From Takakia lepidozioides (Eukaryota; Plantae; Bryophyta): a DNA stretch of 64,000 bases. This document shows positions 12,101 to 26,519 of this stretch, in pieces. The stretch lies in assembly GCA_030704615.1 (NCBI GenBank), contig CM060733.1, forward strand, positions 39,618,001-39,682,000, read 5' to 3'. A model generated the notes under the pieces. The model was given only the letters and a program-made list of their open reading frames with translations, did no database searches and was not told where the DNA came from. Each line of letters begins with the position of its first letter. Positions within the stretch are counted from its first letter, which is position 1. Made by a program: the position numbers and the translations under genes.

Positions 12101-14904
12101 CTACTTGGAGGACGATGACCGACTGCCCAATCCAATCACTTCCATCTCTACCATTTGGCCCCCTGGTTTCTACAGGCTGGGCAAGACAACAACATTGTTA
12201 ATCACCGATCTCATTGCTGCAGGGCAGCTCTATTTGATGGAGGAAGGTCGTCAGGGTGGTCTTCTTCGGACTATTGAACATTTCCTAGCAAGGTCACAAA
12301 GAACCACTGGACGCCCCAGTCCAAGCACATCTCTGCGGGCAATTTCTGTGAGATCATTGCCAGCAATACCATCTTGGGTAAACCGAGATTTGCTATTCTA
12401 TCAGCTATCAGCCATTAGTCATCAGCCATCAGTGTGATGTGGATGCGGAAACGGCGGCCACGTGGCAATATATTTTTTTTTCTTGGGCTGCCTGTAATTG
12501 TATGTTTGGATTTGCGAGAAACAATAATGAAAAATGGATTGTACTGACACACCACCTTTGGCTGCCGAAGTTGGAGGCTGAGCGGAAGAACATAAAGGTT
12601 AAAATGAAATAAATGGAGGTAGAAGGGAAAAAAGAAAAAAGAAAAAAGAAAAACAACAACAACAACAACTACATGAGATATGGACTTCTAACGTTGAAGA
12701 ATTCTGCCCAAACGTGGAAGAACTCTACATGTTTTTTAGCCATTTTAATCTCTAGCTTGGATTATCATTCCTACGAAAATATCCAGGGATGCCGGTGAAA
12801 AATATATATATTTGTTGGACCTAAGTTGAACGAAGGTGGCTCTTCTGTCATTGTATAAGGTACTTTTCGCTTTTTGGAATGTGATATTGTATTCAATTTC
12901 AAGCTCTATTTTTTTTTTCTTCGGGCAGGTTCGTTGGGCAGATTGAAATGTTCTTGCTCACCTTCGTTGACCTTCGTCACTGATGGAATTGCATTGATAA
13001 TTGATAGAATAGGAGCTCTCGGGTAAACCGTGTCCTTCCCACCTGTCATTCTCCACGACCTACTCACTTGAATAGCGAGTACTGGTTCGGAAAGAGTGAA
13101 TTGGATCTGGAAGTAGATTGAGTTATAATTACCCGAACATTTTGAATTTGCAATTGCTTAGGAGCACTAAGGAACTTTTGCAGAAAGAATCCTAGGGTCT
13201 AGAGAATGCGTGAGAGCCATTTCTGTAGCATTAAGAGCATAGAGGCAGACGTAGATTTGTTTTGAGCACTAGGTAGAGATACACTTTGTATTAGACCTAG
13301 GAGCCAATTACATTCACAAAAGGGTAGATGCAAGGTAAGGTGGACCAAAATTAGCGTCACCGACACACTGTTTTCAGTGACTGTCGTGTATAATATCATG
13401 AATTGCTTTGAATAGAATCAGTAATGTTGAGAAACATTTTCCATGCTGGATTCCTAACTTCAATCTCTAGCTATATCAACCGTCAAAATTGTCAATCAAA
13501 TAAAATGTCCAAGAGGTATGGACTTTTGAAAACAACAGTTGTGGACTGTCACAGCTGCAAATGGAAATACATGGACTCAAAATAAGCCGTTGTGCCTTTG
13601 GTGTATTGCTTTGCTCTTTTGAGGTAAGGGGCCAACTTAGAGAACACTCTAGATTTCAATTTAAAATGATAATATCAGCTGTCATTTACTACTTATGGAC
13701 TAATATGTGTGTTATACATAGATGGATTTGTCCTAGTTTAGTACATCGAGTCTAAGGGATGAATATTGTGATTGTATTATTGTGGTCTATGATAGGATGC
13801 TACATGTCAAAAGAAAATCCTCAAAAATTTGTGAGGTCCATCCTCATGCTTTTACATACAATTGAATTTCAACGTCTTACGTCAAACTTCTGCAAACGAT
13901 CAGTCACCCGGATGATCAACAACTCTCTTACCTTTTGAAACCTGTAAGTTAACGATGTGTTTGATCTCTCGGAAGACATGGTCCAAAATGGACCTATGAA
14001 TGAGCCTCAGATCACCATGATCGATGATGACCTCATGCTAGAAAACTTTGTCTGAGGAGTGGATCTATCTATGCAAAACTTATTTTGAGGCCTTGGAGGA
14101 CTGTCTCAGTGGGGACGTTGATTGCTTGCAAATTAGTGAAAATAATGTTTATGAAGAAAGAAGATTGATCCAAAACGTTTTGGATGGTCTTCAAGTCTTT
14201 TGAAGAGAAGGTTAGGGTAGATAATTACTTTTAGAAGGAGGGGAGGGCCGAGTCGAATTGGTCTAGAGTTGTATAATCGAATAGACACCCAAAGAGGTGT
14301 GAGAGGTATCAAGCTTGAATTGACAAGGGTGATTACACGTGAGAGCTTAACAATGTTTGCACTAAACGACGTCATGACGAGAATTTGACATTGGAAAAAG
14401 TGGAATGTGAAGCAAGTGTTGCCCAAGTTAAATTCAAGTGCTAATCCCTACAAATAACAAAGACTCATGTGGAAGCTTATGGCTGCAAGGGATTGGAAAG
14501 AGGACCATCATCAACATATCTTGAAGATGTTGACAAAATTTTAGAGATGCCTACATTCAACTTTTTTACAATATCCAAATTGGAAAATTATGTACCATCA
14601 AGCACAACAGATCACCCAAGACGACAAGTAAATGTTATTGGAAGCACGTGCCAAAGTGGGATGCGACACTTTTCACCTATCAGCACTTTTAGAATATAGA
14701 GAGAAAAATGTTCAATACCTCCAACAATTGTGTAGGCTCCCCCACGATTTGGGAGACTCGAATTACGGCACAATAGAAACCCACACCCTAGTACTAAAAT
14801 AAGGACAACCCAAAATAGCCCAAAATCAGACATAAATATCTTGTCTCAAAACAAGATCTCATTCATGCAAATTTTATCCCCTCATTTTGTTTAGACAAGA
14901 GAAT

Positions 14905-14927
14905 GAGAGAGAGAGAGAGAGAGAGAG
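14905..14927. repeat. (GA)n microsatellite
   Basis: gagagagagagagagagagagag. Confidence 0.9.
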
Positions 14928-17900
14928 GTCTTACAGTCAGTTCGATCGGTCCTAAACATATGTATGAAGAACTTTCATAGGTCAATATACCATTAAAAGT
15001 TAGAATTTCTCAAAAGTCTAAGTTAAATAAGTATGAGTCATCGAGTTCTACAATTATTATGGTCAACAATTAGCAAGGTACCATAAAAATATATATATAA
15101 TCGATTTCTTGACTTAATTAACAAAATAGAGATTAGATTTAATACTATAGTTAGATTTTGAGGCCAACATATGCATATGTGTTACCAAACTCTTCGCATT
15201 GAAATTCTATGTATCCACCAAGGAAAAAATTTGTAGAATTTTACAAAACAATGATACAAAATATTGTTTTCCAAAGAAGTTGACAGCCAATATTTACCCC
15301 ACTGATAAGGGCCCAAGCCGTTTCACAATTCACTAGTGGTTATGGGTTCACACCACATGTTGGATGTCATATTTAAGGTTTCCGCTTTCCCACCGGAAGT
15401 GGAAATTTGGGGACAGTCAAATGACACCATAAGCTACGTTTCCATTGACAATGCGTTCATATATGGCCAAAGGAAATTTGTTACAAACATAAGGTGGATT
15501 TCATACATGCAAGCGGGATCGCAAAAAGAACCAAATTTGTCAACAAGATTGGTAGTTTGTCAATACATAAATAATTATAGTCGATCCATTACATGAGATA
15601 ATTTCATCTCATCTACAATATATGCCTAGTATAGCTAATATAAATATTTAACTTTAGTTGAAATAATTTAGTGTAAATTGGACAATGTGTGTGTTAATAT
15701 TCGTGGCCCCACAAATATAACAGCTAGGGTGCTAAGCGAACTTATGAACCACTTAGGAGTAACACAAAACTTTATACACCTTATTTCACATTCTTCGAAC
15801 CATGGAGAGCAGCTTGGTCAGGTTTAGCTCCGCCCTTTGACATTCGTTTCAAATTGAGCTTCCGACAGTACCATGCCTACAACCATGCCTACAACCGTGC
15901 CTACAACCGATTGTTATCTTCACCAGTTTCATCATTGTCCATGGTATTGTCACTCGAGCTATTGATCAAGAGTTAATAGTTGAATCCTGAGATAAATAAA
16001 TGCAAACCCAAAAGTGAGACTCTTATGAAAAAGCAAGTAGACGTGCACGAACAGAAGATTGTGTCTGATATTTACATGCACTCAATCAATATGCATTTTC
16101 TCAATGCCAATCTTTTTTTATTTTTTCATCAAAAAAATAATTTTATAAGGCATTCAAACAAATTGGCGATAAACATTACATAGTTGCTTCAAGTAAATCG
16201 ACTCATGGAACTTTTTTGATCTGCATGTAGCAGCACAAGCTCGGGAAAGCAAAATTAAATTTGCGTCGCTCCAACAAAATGCTGAGCCTTGAGAGAGATG
16301 CAGAAAACTACTCTTTTACAACGAACAACAACCTCATGCAAGTGCAAGGAAATTTGCAAAGTGTACGAGTGGCGGCAACGATAGGGCTAACCAAAACCAC
16401 ATCCAGGGCCACTGTCCCCTGTTTTCAAAAAAAAAAAACTGGGGAACTTCCATAATCAATGGAGCTATTCCAAGTCTATTTTAAAAATTAAAATTGGTTA
16501 TTGCAACTTTATGGATTAAAAAAAAAAATCCTAGGTTTTCCCTTTGCTGGACTGTATGTAGTATGTACACGTGTACATATATATTGTTATGTGTTCCCAA
16601 AACGTGCGCATGATATGCTCCCCAAATGTATTCCCAAGAATCCTAGGGCAGCATGGATGGGCCGAGGCCAGTCAGGACACATGGGTACCAGTCCCGGCCA
16701 CTGAAAGTTTTGGGTCTTGCCCGCTGGGCCCAAGCCAAAACAACGATATTTTTTTTCATACTGCCTGCCCTTCTAGACTCAGTTCCCAACACATAGTCAA
16801 GGGTGATCCACTAACCTGACCTAACCTGACCGCGGTTGGACATGTCATGACTTTTGGCTCCAAAAAGCAGCGTGTGCCTGCGCCTACCCACTCAAATTGA
16901 GCGGTGCCCGCAGCGGCTTCACCCGCGGCAACTCCAATGCTCATAAAACATGAAAAGAGAAAAGTAACAAGCCCAAAAATGGCCCAGCCACTCTTAACTA
17001 CAGCTCCATATGGCAAAAACCTGACCGACCAACTAATTTGGGTCTCTCAGGCACTTCGGGGGTACATGGTGAGGAGAAAACCGTGATTTTGGTATCACCG
17101 CGTGGTCTCCCTCATAAGTACTTGTAACGACCAAGAGGTGTACATGTAGAGAGTGGCGAGAGGAGGCCGCCTTTGGATCAGGAAAATCCAGTTTATTACG
17201 AATAATCATGGTGACACCCCCACAATACCTAGGCCACGCTCGCCACCGACATGGCCGGTTGCTAGGTGTTGGAGGTGTTGGGGGACCTACATCCGGTAGC
17301 TAGCCTCATCTCGCCACCCGGACGTTGACGCGACGAGGTATCTACATCCCGTAGCCAGCCTTGTCTTGGACGTGAATGATGTTTCATACGGCGAGGTGTG
17401 GTAGGGCCAACATCCCGTAGCTAGCCGATATTTTGGTTTCGGGGTACGGAGCAAGGGTAGAGACAATACACTTTTTGTTCGCTATTGAAGAAAATCAGTT
17501 TTTGATCATATGTAAAGGATTTCTTGTTTGAAACTGGCGAGTCAATTCCATTTTTTTTAATCTATACTATAATCTATTCCTTTGAGAAAATTCTAATCAT
17601 GGAAAGTCCACTAGAAGACTTTCTGGAATACCATAAGCTAGGTGAGAATCATCTTCAGCGTATCAATCGAGAAAAATCAAATATACCCCCCCCCCCTCTC
17701 CTAATGAACCAGGAATCTCGACCTGTTGATCCGGCTGAACAACCCAAAACATGGGGTAATATAGTCAATTCTTTTATGGCTGGTTCGAAAAAAGAAGATT
17801 TTAAATAACATTTGGAGAAATAATATATATATGTTTTCTCCGTAAGTCGGTACCGATGCATAAGATGTACAAGGGATAGATACCCAATATTTTGGAGATT

Positions 17901-18001
17901 CTTTCCCCAAACCCATACGTTTTCTGCGGGTCGCATAATTATAGGTTTGTCTGGAAAATATATGTATCCATATCCTTTCACCAAGACGATCATAACGATA
18001 T

Positions 18002-18635
18002 GCTTCTCATTTGACAATAATAGGGTCATGAATGCCCATGCGTGGCTGTGGCGGGGCCTGCGTGTGGCAGAGGGGTCCCGGATGGTAGGAGCGCCCCTAT
18101 CAGGAGCAGCCGGCCAGTTTGGGTATGCTAGGCAAGCTGGTATGCTGGGCCACAAAACACATGAGCTAGTGTGCTGGGGCTCACAATATACACATAAAAC
18201 ATTAGTTATTGCAAAAGTTTGTAGAAAGTGGGGGGTAAGTGTGGTGGTTAAGAGCAATGAATAATAAACACAAAGTGTCAATAATAAACACAAGGTGTGG
18301 TGTTCAAATCTTGTCAAGTTGTACTATGGCAGTAATGTGTGTTATTAAATATATATTTTGTCGAAGGGTCTGTTGGAGGGTCCAAGCGGGTATGCCAGGT
18401 CTGCTTGGAGGGTCTGTCAGTCTACTGGAGGGGTGCTGGTCTGCTGGAGGGTTTGCCTGCTGTTTGCTGGAAACTCCCGGTTCGCTGGAAGGTCCGCCAC
18501 GATAGATGAACAAGGACTTAAAATTTTTTTAGAATCTGGCCGACCCGTGAATGGGCTGTGGGCTTATGAGCTCACCCCAAGGGCCGTACTGGGGCGCCCG
18601 TGCATTCATGACCCTATTATTAGAAAATGAGAAGC
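18002..18635. mobile_element. Non-autonomous DNA transposon (MITE) with 34-bp TIRs, about 1 kb upstream of CYP704B
   Basis: Left gcttctcatttgacaataatagggtcatgaatgc vs right gcattcatgaccctattattagaaaatgagaagc (31/34 match as inverted repeats); no coding capacity; no clear TSD. Confidence 0.85.
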
Positions 18636-19668
18636 TCAAATACTTGCTTGTCATCCTGATTTCTACTATTTGAAATATAGAATTCAATTTTCATTTCAAA
18701 TGCTTTATTTTCATTCCATATAATCACACATTTTTCTCTTCATTTCCCCGTATTTCAGTTTTGATCAAAAAATTGAAGTACATGTTATATTAACCATCCA
18801 TAGCTATGCATACCCTTTCCCGACAGATTGACTCCTGAATAATGAATCCGTACTATAAAAAATCCGGAAGGAGCTACTTACAATTGCCGGTTCTTTACCT
18901 TGCCGACCTTTATTGGAATATGTATCCCAGGTGTAATCTTGGGGAAAAGTGGGAGGCAGAAAGGAAGTGTGAAAAGAAGAAGGGAGAGGGAGTAAAGGGG
19001 GGTCAAAATAACAGGTCATTAGGTTTACCAACTCCACCCACCCTCGTTCATGACCGCGACTTTCTCCACCATCCCTGTCTGCTCGCGTGCTGTCGGATGG
19101 CCAGTCATCGCTTTTGTGGGCTACTTTAAGTATCCCACATCGAGCAGTGCCACGAGACAGCGCTGCGAGTTAACCCGCAGTTGCTGCGATTGGGAGGCTC
19201 CTTGTATCCAATTCGAGTTCTTCTTTCCAGTTTGGGAGAATTTGTCGAGTCAGCAGATTGACTGCGGTGTCCGACTGCTGACAGTGTCAATGGTAGAGTA
19301 CAAATTTGCTGTCGCTCCCCTTTGACCCACTCAGAAGTGTCGTGGAGACGAGAGTGACTGGAGTGGTCCGAAATGAGCAGACGAGATGCATGACGCAGAC
19401 AGGAAATATTTAGATGATCACACTCTCTCTCTTCCAGAATTTGTGTTCTGTGATTGAGGAGCAGCTGCTGCGGGAAAAGTCTGTGAGCAGACGAAGAGAG
19501 CTATGCCCTTGCAATTAGGATTCGTGACACAAAGAGGAGATAGTTAGATCGCATTCTTTTTTCTAGAATCTACGTTCTGTGACTGAGGAGCAGCTGCTGC
19601 AGAAGCTGGAGTACTGCAGAGTGTTTTTGATTCTATAATTTGTTTTCCACATACTCATTGAGATAGCA

Positions 19669-22600
19669 ATGGAAACGAAAGCCCCAGTAGTGAGCGAAGG
19701 GGTGATGAGTGTTGTGGTCACCGCACTAGTGGCTTGGATGCTGTATATGGCGGTGTATCGCTTAAGGAACCGTGGTCGCGTGGGACCGCGGGCATGGCCT
19801 TTGCTGGGCGCATCGATGGAGGCCCTCGTCAACTTCCCCACTTACCATGATTGGCTCATGGGTTACTTCGCGAAGGCATCCACCTTCCCTGTTTCCATGC
19901 CCGACTGTACTTACCACTACACGGCAGACCCAGCTGTTGTGGAGCACGTTCTCAAAACCAACTTTGCCAACTATCCGAAGGTAACAACTCAGCTGTACAC
20001 TGCGGGTACCTTGACGATACTGGAATTTTCCTCTCGGGGTCATGTCAGTAGGATACTGAAAGTGAGATGATTTAATAGGCAAATTATACGGGACCTCTCG
20101 ATCATTGACCATGTCCTCATGATGTCGAAGGGCACCTGCTTCAATAGACGGAGTCAGCATGTGAACATCAGGATAATCCATAAAATTTGACATTCCTTGA
20201 CTCGCTTATGTGTGAAGGGGCGTTATTTTCATGAAATCATGGAGGTGTTGCTTGGGAATGGAATCTTCAACTCAGATGGAGATTTGTGGCGGAAGCAGCG
20301 GAAGACAGCCAGTTTTGAGTTCTCCTCTAGAAATCTGCGGGAATTCAGCACTGTGGTGTTCAAAGACTACGCCCTCAAACTGGCCAGTATTGTCGATACG
20401 GCTTCCATCACACAGCACCCTGTGGACATGCAGGTGTGTCCACACTCGTCTCCTCACACGTTGAAATTTGCATATAGAAATTTCTGACTGAACAGCCCTA
20501 ATGTGCACATTTATACCTATGCGGCTCAGATTGCAGATACATGTTGAATTATTGCTTCCTCTGAAATCAAGAAACTGGACAGATACAGACTTAAGTTGGC
20601 CCGGGTAATTCAGTAGAATTCAAACGTACGCATCCTCCAGCTCAGAAAGTGCTTTCAGTGTTAATGCGGAATTCGCATATGTCTCGCGAGCGCCACCTGC
20701 ACAGGTCTCGATGGCACTTGTCCTGCACAATACATCACCCTTTCGACAAAAATGCATAAACTCCGCGCTGCCCTTGAACCTTCAGATTCTATTCAAATGA
20801 ATATTCATATAAGTTGGCTCGCTTGTAGTAACGGTGTACTAAGATTTGTGCAGGCAAGTATCCTTTTTTTGTGTCTACTAAAAACTGTGTGTCGTTGATC
20901 TTTCGCTGCAGGATCTCTTCAGTCGCCTGACTTTGGACTCAATTTGCAAAGTGGGATTTGGTGTGGAGATTGGAACGTTGTCGCCAGACCTACCTTTGCT
21001 CCCTTTCGCAAATGCATTTGATACAGCTAACGAGGCAGTAACAGTGAGATTCATGGATCCATTCTGGAAGATAAAGCGTTATCTTAATGCCGGCACGGAG
21101 TCCATCACGGCACAAAGTGCAAATATTGTTGATAAATTCACCTACAACGTCATTCGCACACGCCGAGCTGAGTTGGAAACAGCTCGTGCCAAGGGTGGGA
21201 AAGATGATCCAGTAAGCAAATCCGAAACGCTCCTTCATTCCTTTAATAGTCATGATTTTTAGTCAACACTACGGTAGTACTTGGATTCGTATTCTGGTTG
21301 AGGGACGCGATTAAAGTTCTAACTTCTACATGTCAAACTTTGCAGGTGAGGTCTGATCTGTTGTCGCGCTTCATACAGTTGAGTGATGATGAGAATGAGG
21401 AGCAGTTCTCAGATGAAAGTCTACGTGATGTTGTCCTCAACTTTGTTATAGCGGGTCGGGACACCACAGCAGCGACCCTTTCCTGGTTCATGTACATGAT
21501 GTGCCTCCACCCTGAAGTTGCTGATAAGATCAACGCTGAATTATGCGCATACGAGAGAGAGACATACAGAACCGAGGGCAAGGTCATTGAAACAAGTGTA
21601 GACGAGCATTCCTTCAGTCAACGTCTGGAAGAGTTTTCTGGCGTCTTGACATATGAGGGGCTCTCAAAGTTGCAGTACTTGCATGCAGCCCTCACCGAAA
21701 CACTTCGACTGTACCCAGCAGTGCCTGAAGTAGGATGCAAACCCTGATTTCTTTGAAGAATTGTTATAATCTGTGTAAATATTACATGATTCTGGACAAA
21801 GTTTTGCAACTTGGGTCGCGCGAATTATGGTTTACACTCGCTGTTCTCCTCATGCAGGATGCCAAAGGTGTGCTGGAAGACGATGTGCTGCCGAATGGGG
21901 ATAAAGTGAAAAAGGGAGATTTGGTGATGTATGTACCCTACTGTATGGGACGCTTGAAAAGTCTATGGGGACCGGACGCATACGAGTACAGGCCAGAGCG
22001 CTGGCTTAAGGATGATGGCTCATTCCAAGCGGTCTCCCCTTTCAAGTTCACCGCCTTCCAGGTTGGTAATCTCTGCATGACCTATATTGCAAGATGGGGA
22101 GCCTTTGTTTGCATGAGGTTGGAGATCACGAACTTCATATATGAGCTCACGCTGATATAATTGTACATTGAATTCATACACTACCGGAGGGCAGAAAATT
22201 TAACAACACGCACAAACTACAACTGAACATTTTTCTAGAGGTATAGTGGTGGATTCTATTTCAGATGTGAAGGGCACTGGTCAGGTTCTGTCGAGTATGC
22301 AAGCCGTTGATTGTATTTACAACTGGGTTTCCACTTGCTCTGTCGGTAGCAAAAACTAAGGGAATTCACTTCAGGCACATGTATGCATTCCGAAAGCACT
22401 GAAATTAAAAACTTGGTCCTGTCACCTTTGGCCTTCTTCAGCTTCAGCAGCTACCGTGAATGGAGGATTAGTGGACAAGGTTATTTCAAACTTGTCTATA
22501 GGTACCTTTTCTGAGTTGAACCCTTCCAATATCTGTATGGATAAACGTGACCTTACCAGCTGCTCCACATTATGTATGCAGGCAGGGCCTCGGATTTGCT

Positions 22601-22764
22601 TGGGAAGGGATTCAGCCTACTTGCAACTGAAGTTGACAACAGCTTTGCTTTGCCGGTTTTTCAAGTTCAATCTGGTGCCCGGCCATCCCGTCAAGTACCG
22701 CATGATGGCTATCCTTTACATGGCTCATGGCATCAAAGTTACGTGCACTCGCAGGTTATGCTGA
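19669..22764 (+). CDS. CYP704B: Cytochrome P450 CYP704B-like long-chain fatty acid omega-hydroxylase (sporopollenin pathway), 532 aa; exons 19669-19980, 20218-20433, 20912-21211, 21346-21729, 21858-22061, 22582-22764
   Basis: Five phase-0 GT..AG introns give one continuous ORF. N-terminal TM anchor, I-helix NFVIAGRDTTA, ETLR, PERW, heme motif FQAGPRICLG. CYP704B-like segments DSICKVGFGVEIGTL and HPVKYRMM. Confidence 0.93.
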
Positions 22765-23799
22765 GACACATCTAGTGCTGTAACTGAAATTCGCATAGAG
22801 ACGTTGAGACCTCGGTTTTTCCTAAATGGAAAGAGTAGGCAACTATATGTACATGTGAGATCTTAGAGACCTAGTGCGCTATACTAGTTGAGGAAATCAC
22901 TCATCAGCGGATTCCTCCTGAGGGATATAGGCCATTGTTTTTCAGCTCAGCATTCTTGCACACATAAGTGAGCCGTGCCAATTGCCACTATTGTGCTTCA
23001 CTGATCTGTTATCAGAACTCAATTTTAAGAATTGCGAAAAGTTTTAAATCATCCTGCAACCACTCGAGCTAGACTAGATTGAGAGGTGTATTCTGCCTTA
23101 AGACACCACAGCAGACGGAGAAGTTGAGATAATAGTCCTGAAAAGGTCCCGACTCCCAATCCCATCCTCCAGGATCGCAGTGCATATACAGCACTTTAGT
23201 CTATCTGAGTACACGTCAAGCTCCCATGGTAAAACAATTTACAGTACCCCACACGCACCTGAAAGGATGTCCGTGTGACCAATGATGTGAGGTGATGAAA
23301 GTACCAGCCTTCAGGATTGTTTTGAAATACCTGATACAAGTAGAATCACCATACCAGGAAGAGGAGGGATTTGAATTGGCATGAGTAGGAGTTTCTTTCT
23401 CAGCAATCGTAGTGTACACTCACATCAAGCTTTCCAAAGCATGATTTGATTCGAAACTAAGACATGATTTTCAATAATAATAGCCACAATTCTGAAAAAT
23501 GCTTGAGGCTGAGGTATTCAATCAGTGAATACGTATGCTAGATGCCAAAAGATACAATTCCCGCACATGGACCTCGTGAAACAGAAGGAATATGGTACGG
23601 CTAGTAGATATTGAATGCCTGCAACCTACTAGAAAGTTACACAGCGAACGTGGCTACGCTGGGCCGCCCGTGGAAGTTAATGGGCCTTGCTGCCACCCTC
23701 CTCATGGGCGCTGCCATCAAGTTCTTCTGGTGGATAACTGTTCAGGTGCCCAACTTGAGTGTCCTTGAAGTGTAATCAAACGTATTTTGGGTTAAACAG

Positions 23800-24280
23800 G
23801 ACTCGTTTTTATAAGGCAGATCAGTGCATTTCCGATCCATGTAAGCCGAGAGTGACCCACGACAACTCCCGCACTGCAAAGGAATTGGTATGTGAAAAGG
23901 GTCGTGATCAACACAAACTCCTTCAATAAAATTTTCGAGGTCAACCAGGGGCTCACCTGGGCTCAGAAGCAACACCCTCTGTACAAGCATTGGCCATTGC
24001 TACCACGCTTCAAAGGGCTGTGGAAGGGAGTTTGTGGGCAAGCTTTGTGATGGAGGGGAATGTTGCGGTACTGAAGTCTGACGGTTACTGGAAATTGCCG
24101 ACCACTGAATGTAGCGGGCTATGGGTTCCAAAGTCAATGAATTTCGAGCGATGCGGCAAGGATTATTCAGCACCCAATATTTGTGAAAATGACAGGTGCT
24201 GCAGCAGTGAGAATGTTTGTGGTCTCACTAACGAATTCTGCCAAGAAACGTACTGCCAGCCCAGTGAGTACATATTCTAG
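23800..24280 (+). pseudogene. PLAT/LH2 domain followed by two hevein (CBM18) chitin-binding-like repeats, frameshifted
   Basis: RVTHDNSRTAKE/[fs ~23885]WYVKRVVIN...FEVNQGL is PLAT-like. CGREFVGKLCDGGECCG (~24015) and ERCGKDYSAPNICENDRCCSSENVCGLTNEFCQETYCQ (24146-24259) show hevein Cys spacing. Confidence 0.55.
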
Positions 24281-24414
24281 ATCTATACGGATGCTCACTT
24301 CGGTAACACATCAATACACATCGAACGCTGTAATTTCTTCACGCATCGAATACACGAGTTACCATCTTAAGCAGCGCGAGGTCTAGTAACTTGTGCTGGT
24401 ATTTGCTAAACGCC

Positions 24415-25002
24415 TCTCATTTTACAATAATAGGGTCATGAATGCAAGCGTGGCCCATTCGGACGACGGGCCAGGGGCGCCCGCTGTCGCCCACGCCCGG
24501 CCCTGCTGCCATGGATGCACCAGGCTCGGCTGCCTCCCCCCGCTGTCCGTCCATCGGCCACTCCGCTGCGGTGTGTACGCTCCTGCTAGTCTGCCAGTCC
24601 GCTAGTCCGCCCACCCGGCAGATCTGGACCGTCCAGGACGAATCCCATCGCAGCCCTCCAATTTAGGGCCATATCTCCGGATTACCATCAGGATGGCGGT
24701 CCACTTCGTTTGGCCTCTGTTCGGTCATCGCAAAATGGCCAATGTGTTGTTAGGGTTTATTCCAATGGGCGGACTGATTACAAACCTGCCTAACGAAGAC
24801 CTTAGTTTACATTTGGGATATGGTGTCGTTCAATTTTATAATTATTGATGTTGAGATAGACGCATTCGTCCGTCAGATCACCTCCTCAGTCAGGAACGGT
24901 AACCATGGACAAGATGATATCGAAAATCGCCGGAGCATATGCACATGAGGACGTGTAAAAACATTGCAGATTCCATATCCAGCCATGACCTATTATCGTG
25001 TA
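24415..25002. mobile_element. Transposon end or MITE of the same TIR family as 18002-18635
   Basis: tctcattttacaataatagggtcatgaatgc at 24415-24445; degenerate inverted copy catgacctattatcgtg at ~24984. Confidence 0.6.
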
Positions 25003-26519
25003 AGTTATCGTCGGTCTGTCAATTGTGTCTTTTGGGCTGTGTTAGCCTGAAACACTATTTTAACTAATTATGGACTTTTGTTTGGACCAGAAATAATATG
25101 AGAAATATGAATAAACAAAATTTATTATTAAAATAAAGTAATTTATATAATTATTTGGCTATTTTATGCACAATATAACCATGAACAATAATCCTCCAAA
25201 CAGTTTTTGGAGACAATATAAATATGTATTGTGGTTTTAGAAGAACATCCACTGCCAAGTTGACGTTCATGAAAAAAAATGGGAGAATGCAATAAATTAC
25301 ACCATGATGTGAGGTCAGATAAGGTAGACCTATAATGGCTCCTTTAAGAAATGGAGGCAATTTCAGCTATGCAGTGTCCTTATATACATTTTTCCCATGT
25401 AGGATAAGAAAATGAAATTTTTGAAAAAAACAAAAAACAAATCCAAAGTTATACACAATATTGGTGAATTTTCAAGCTGAAAACACATAATAATCCTTGA
25501 ATGGACCAATAAGGGGTACTATTTTGAACAGCAAGCGCATTGAATCAGGAGCGCATGGGGCCCAAAAGGTGTGCATCATCATTCACTTTACTGATTCCGC
25601 TGCACAGTAGTATGGACCATGTCATTTAGTTGAACTACTCATCAGTTAGATGAACTTGACTATTTACTGAGCTTTACGTATCTGACTACGCTGATCAAAG
25701 CGTCCTCGGTGACTACGAGATGTGTCCCTAAACTAATTGAAAACGAACAGTCATGATCTGCAAAACTAATCGCTAATGGAGAATAAACAAATCTTCAGCT
25801 TGTCCAAAATGAGAACCATTTGATCCCAAAACTGATCGGCTTCTCAACAATCACCGGCTCTGCGTACGCTTCTGTAAACCCACGGAGGTTCGATAAGGAC
25901 GAACCCTGATGTATCCAGACTCGTTTAAATCCTGGCCCACTTGCTACAGTTTCCTAACAGTATGCATTTGCCAAAACGATTTAATGCATACCCAAATATG
26001 ACCGTCACCCTCCTTGTTTTGAACCAGCAATAAATGTAAAACAGATCAGCCACTTTAATACCTCTGATCTTTACCGTGCATGTAGTTTCCAGAGACTAAT
26101 AATGAATTGCCATGTCATGAATGTAATTTGGATCGGCAGGTGTGCATGGACGTTTTTGAGTTCATATTTGAGCCATTTAACAAATAATTATAGGGGTCAC
26201 ATTTTGAATGGTAACCATTATAGGTTTGTCTACCTTATGTAAAACTTTTTGCACAAAATGGTTGCCATATCAGATGACATACAAAACCAAACATAGAACA
26301 ATCATGGCATGTGATGAAGAGGATGACATGAAAGAATGAGTCCGCATACATTGATGATAAACATTCATATTTTATTAGAGATTGCAACTTTGGCGTTGTA
26401 GTCAGACATAATGTAACGTCAACTATACATCTGTTGGACGTTATCCAGCGGCTCGAAGCCATACAACGACTTACACTAACCCATTAATATTACAGAGCCT
26501 CCTCCCAAACGGCTCGTAG

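Noticed and set aside
14040-14700. Decayed transposase or other gene
   Set aside because: Short broken ORFs with no recognisable motif.
16403-16418. 16-bp identity ccagggccactgtccc shared with 40437-40452
   Set aside because: No extended homology or structure visible; cannot distinguish a TE end from chance.
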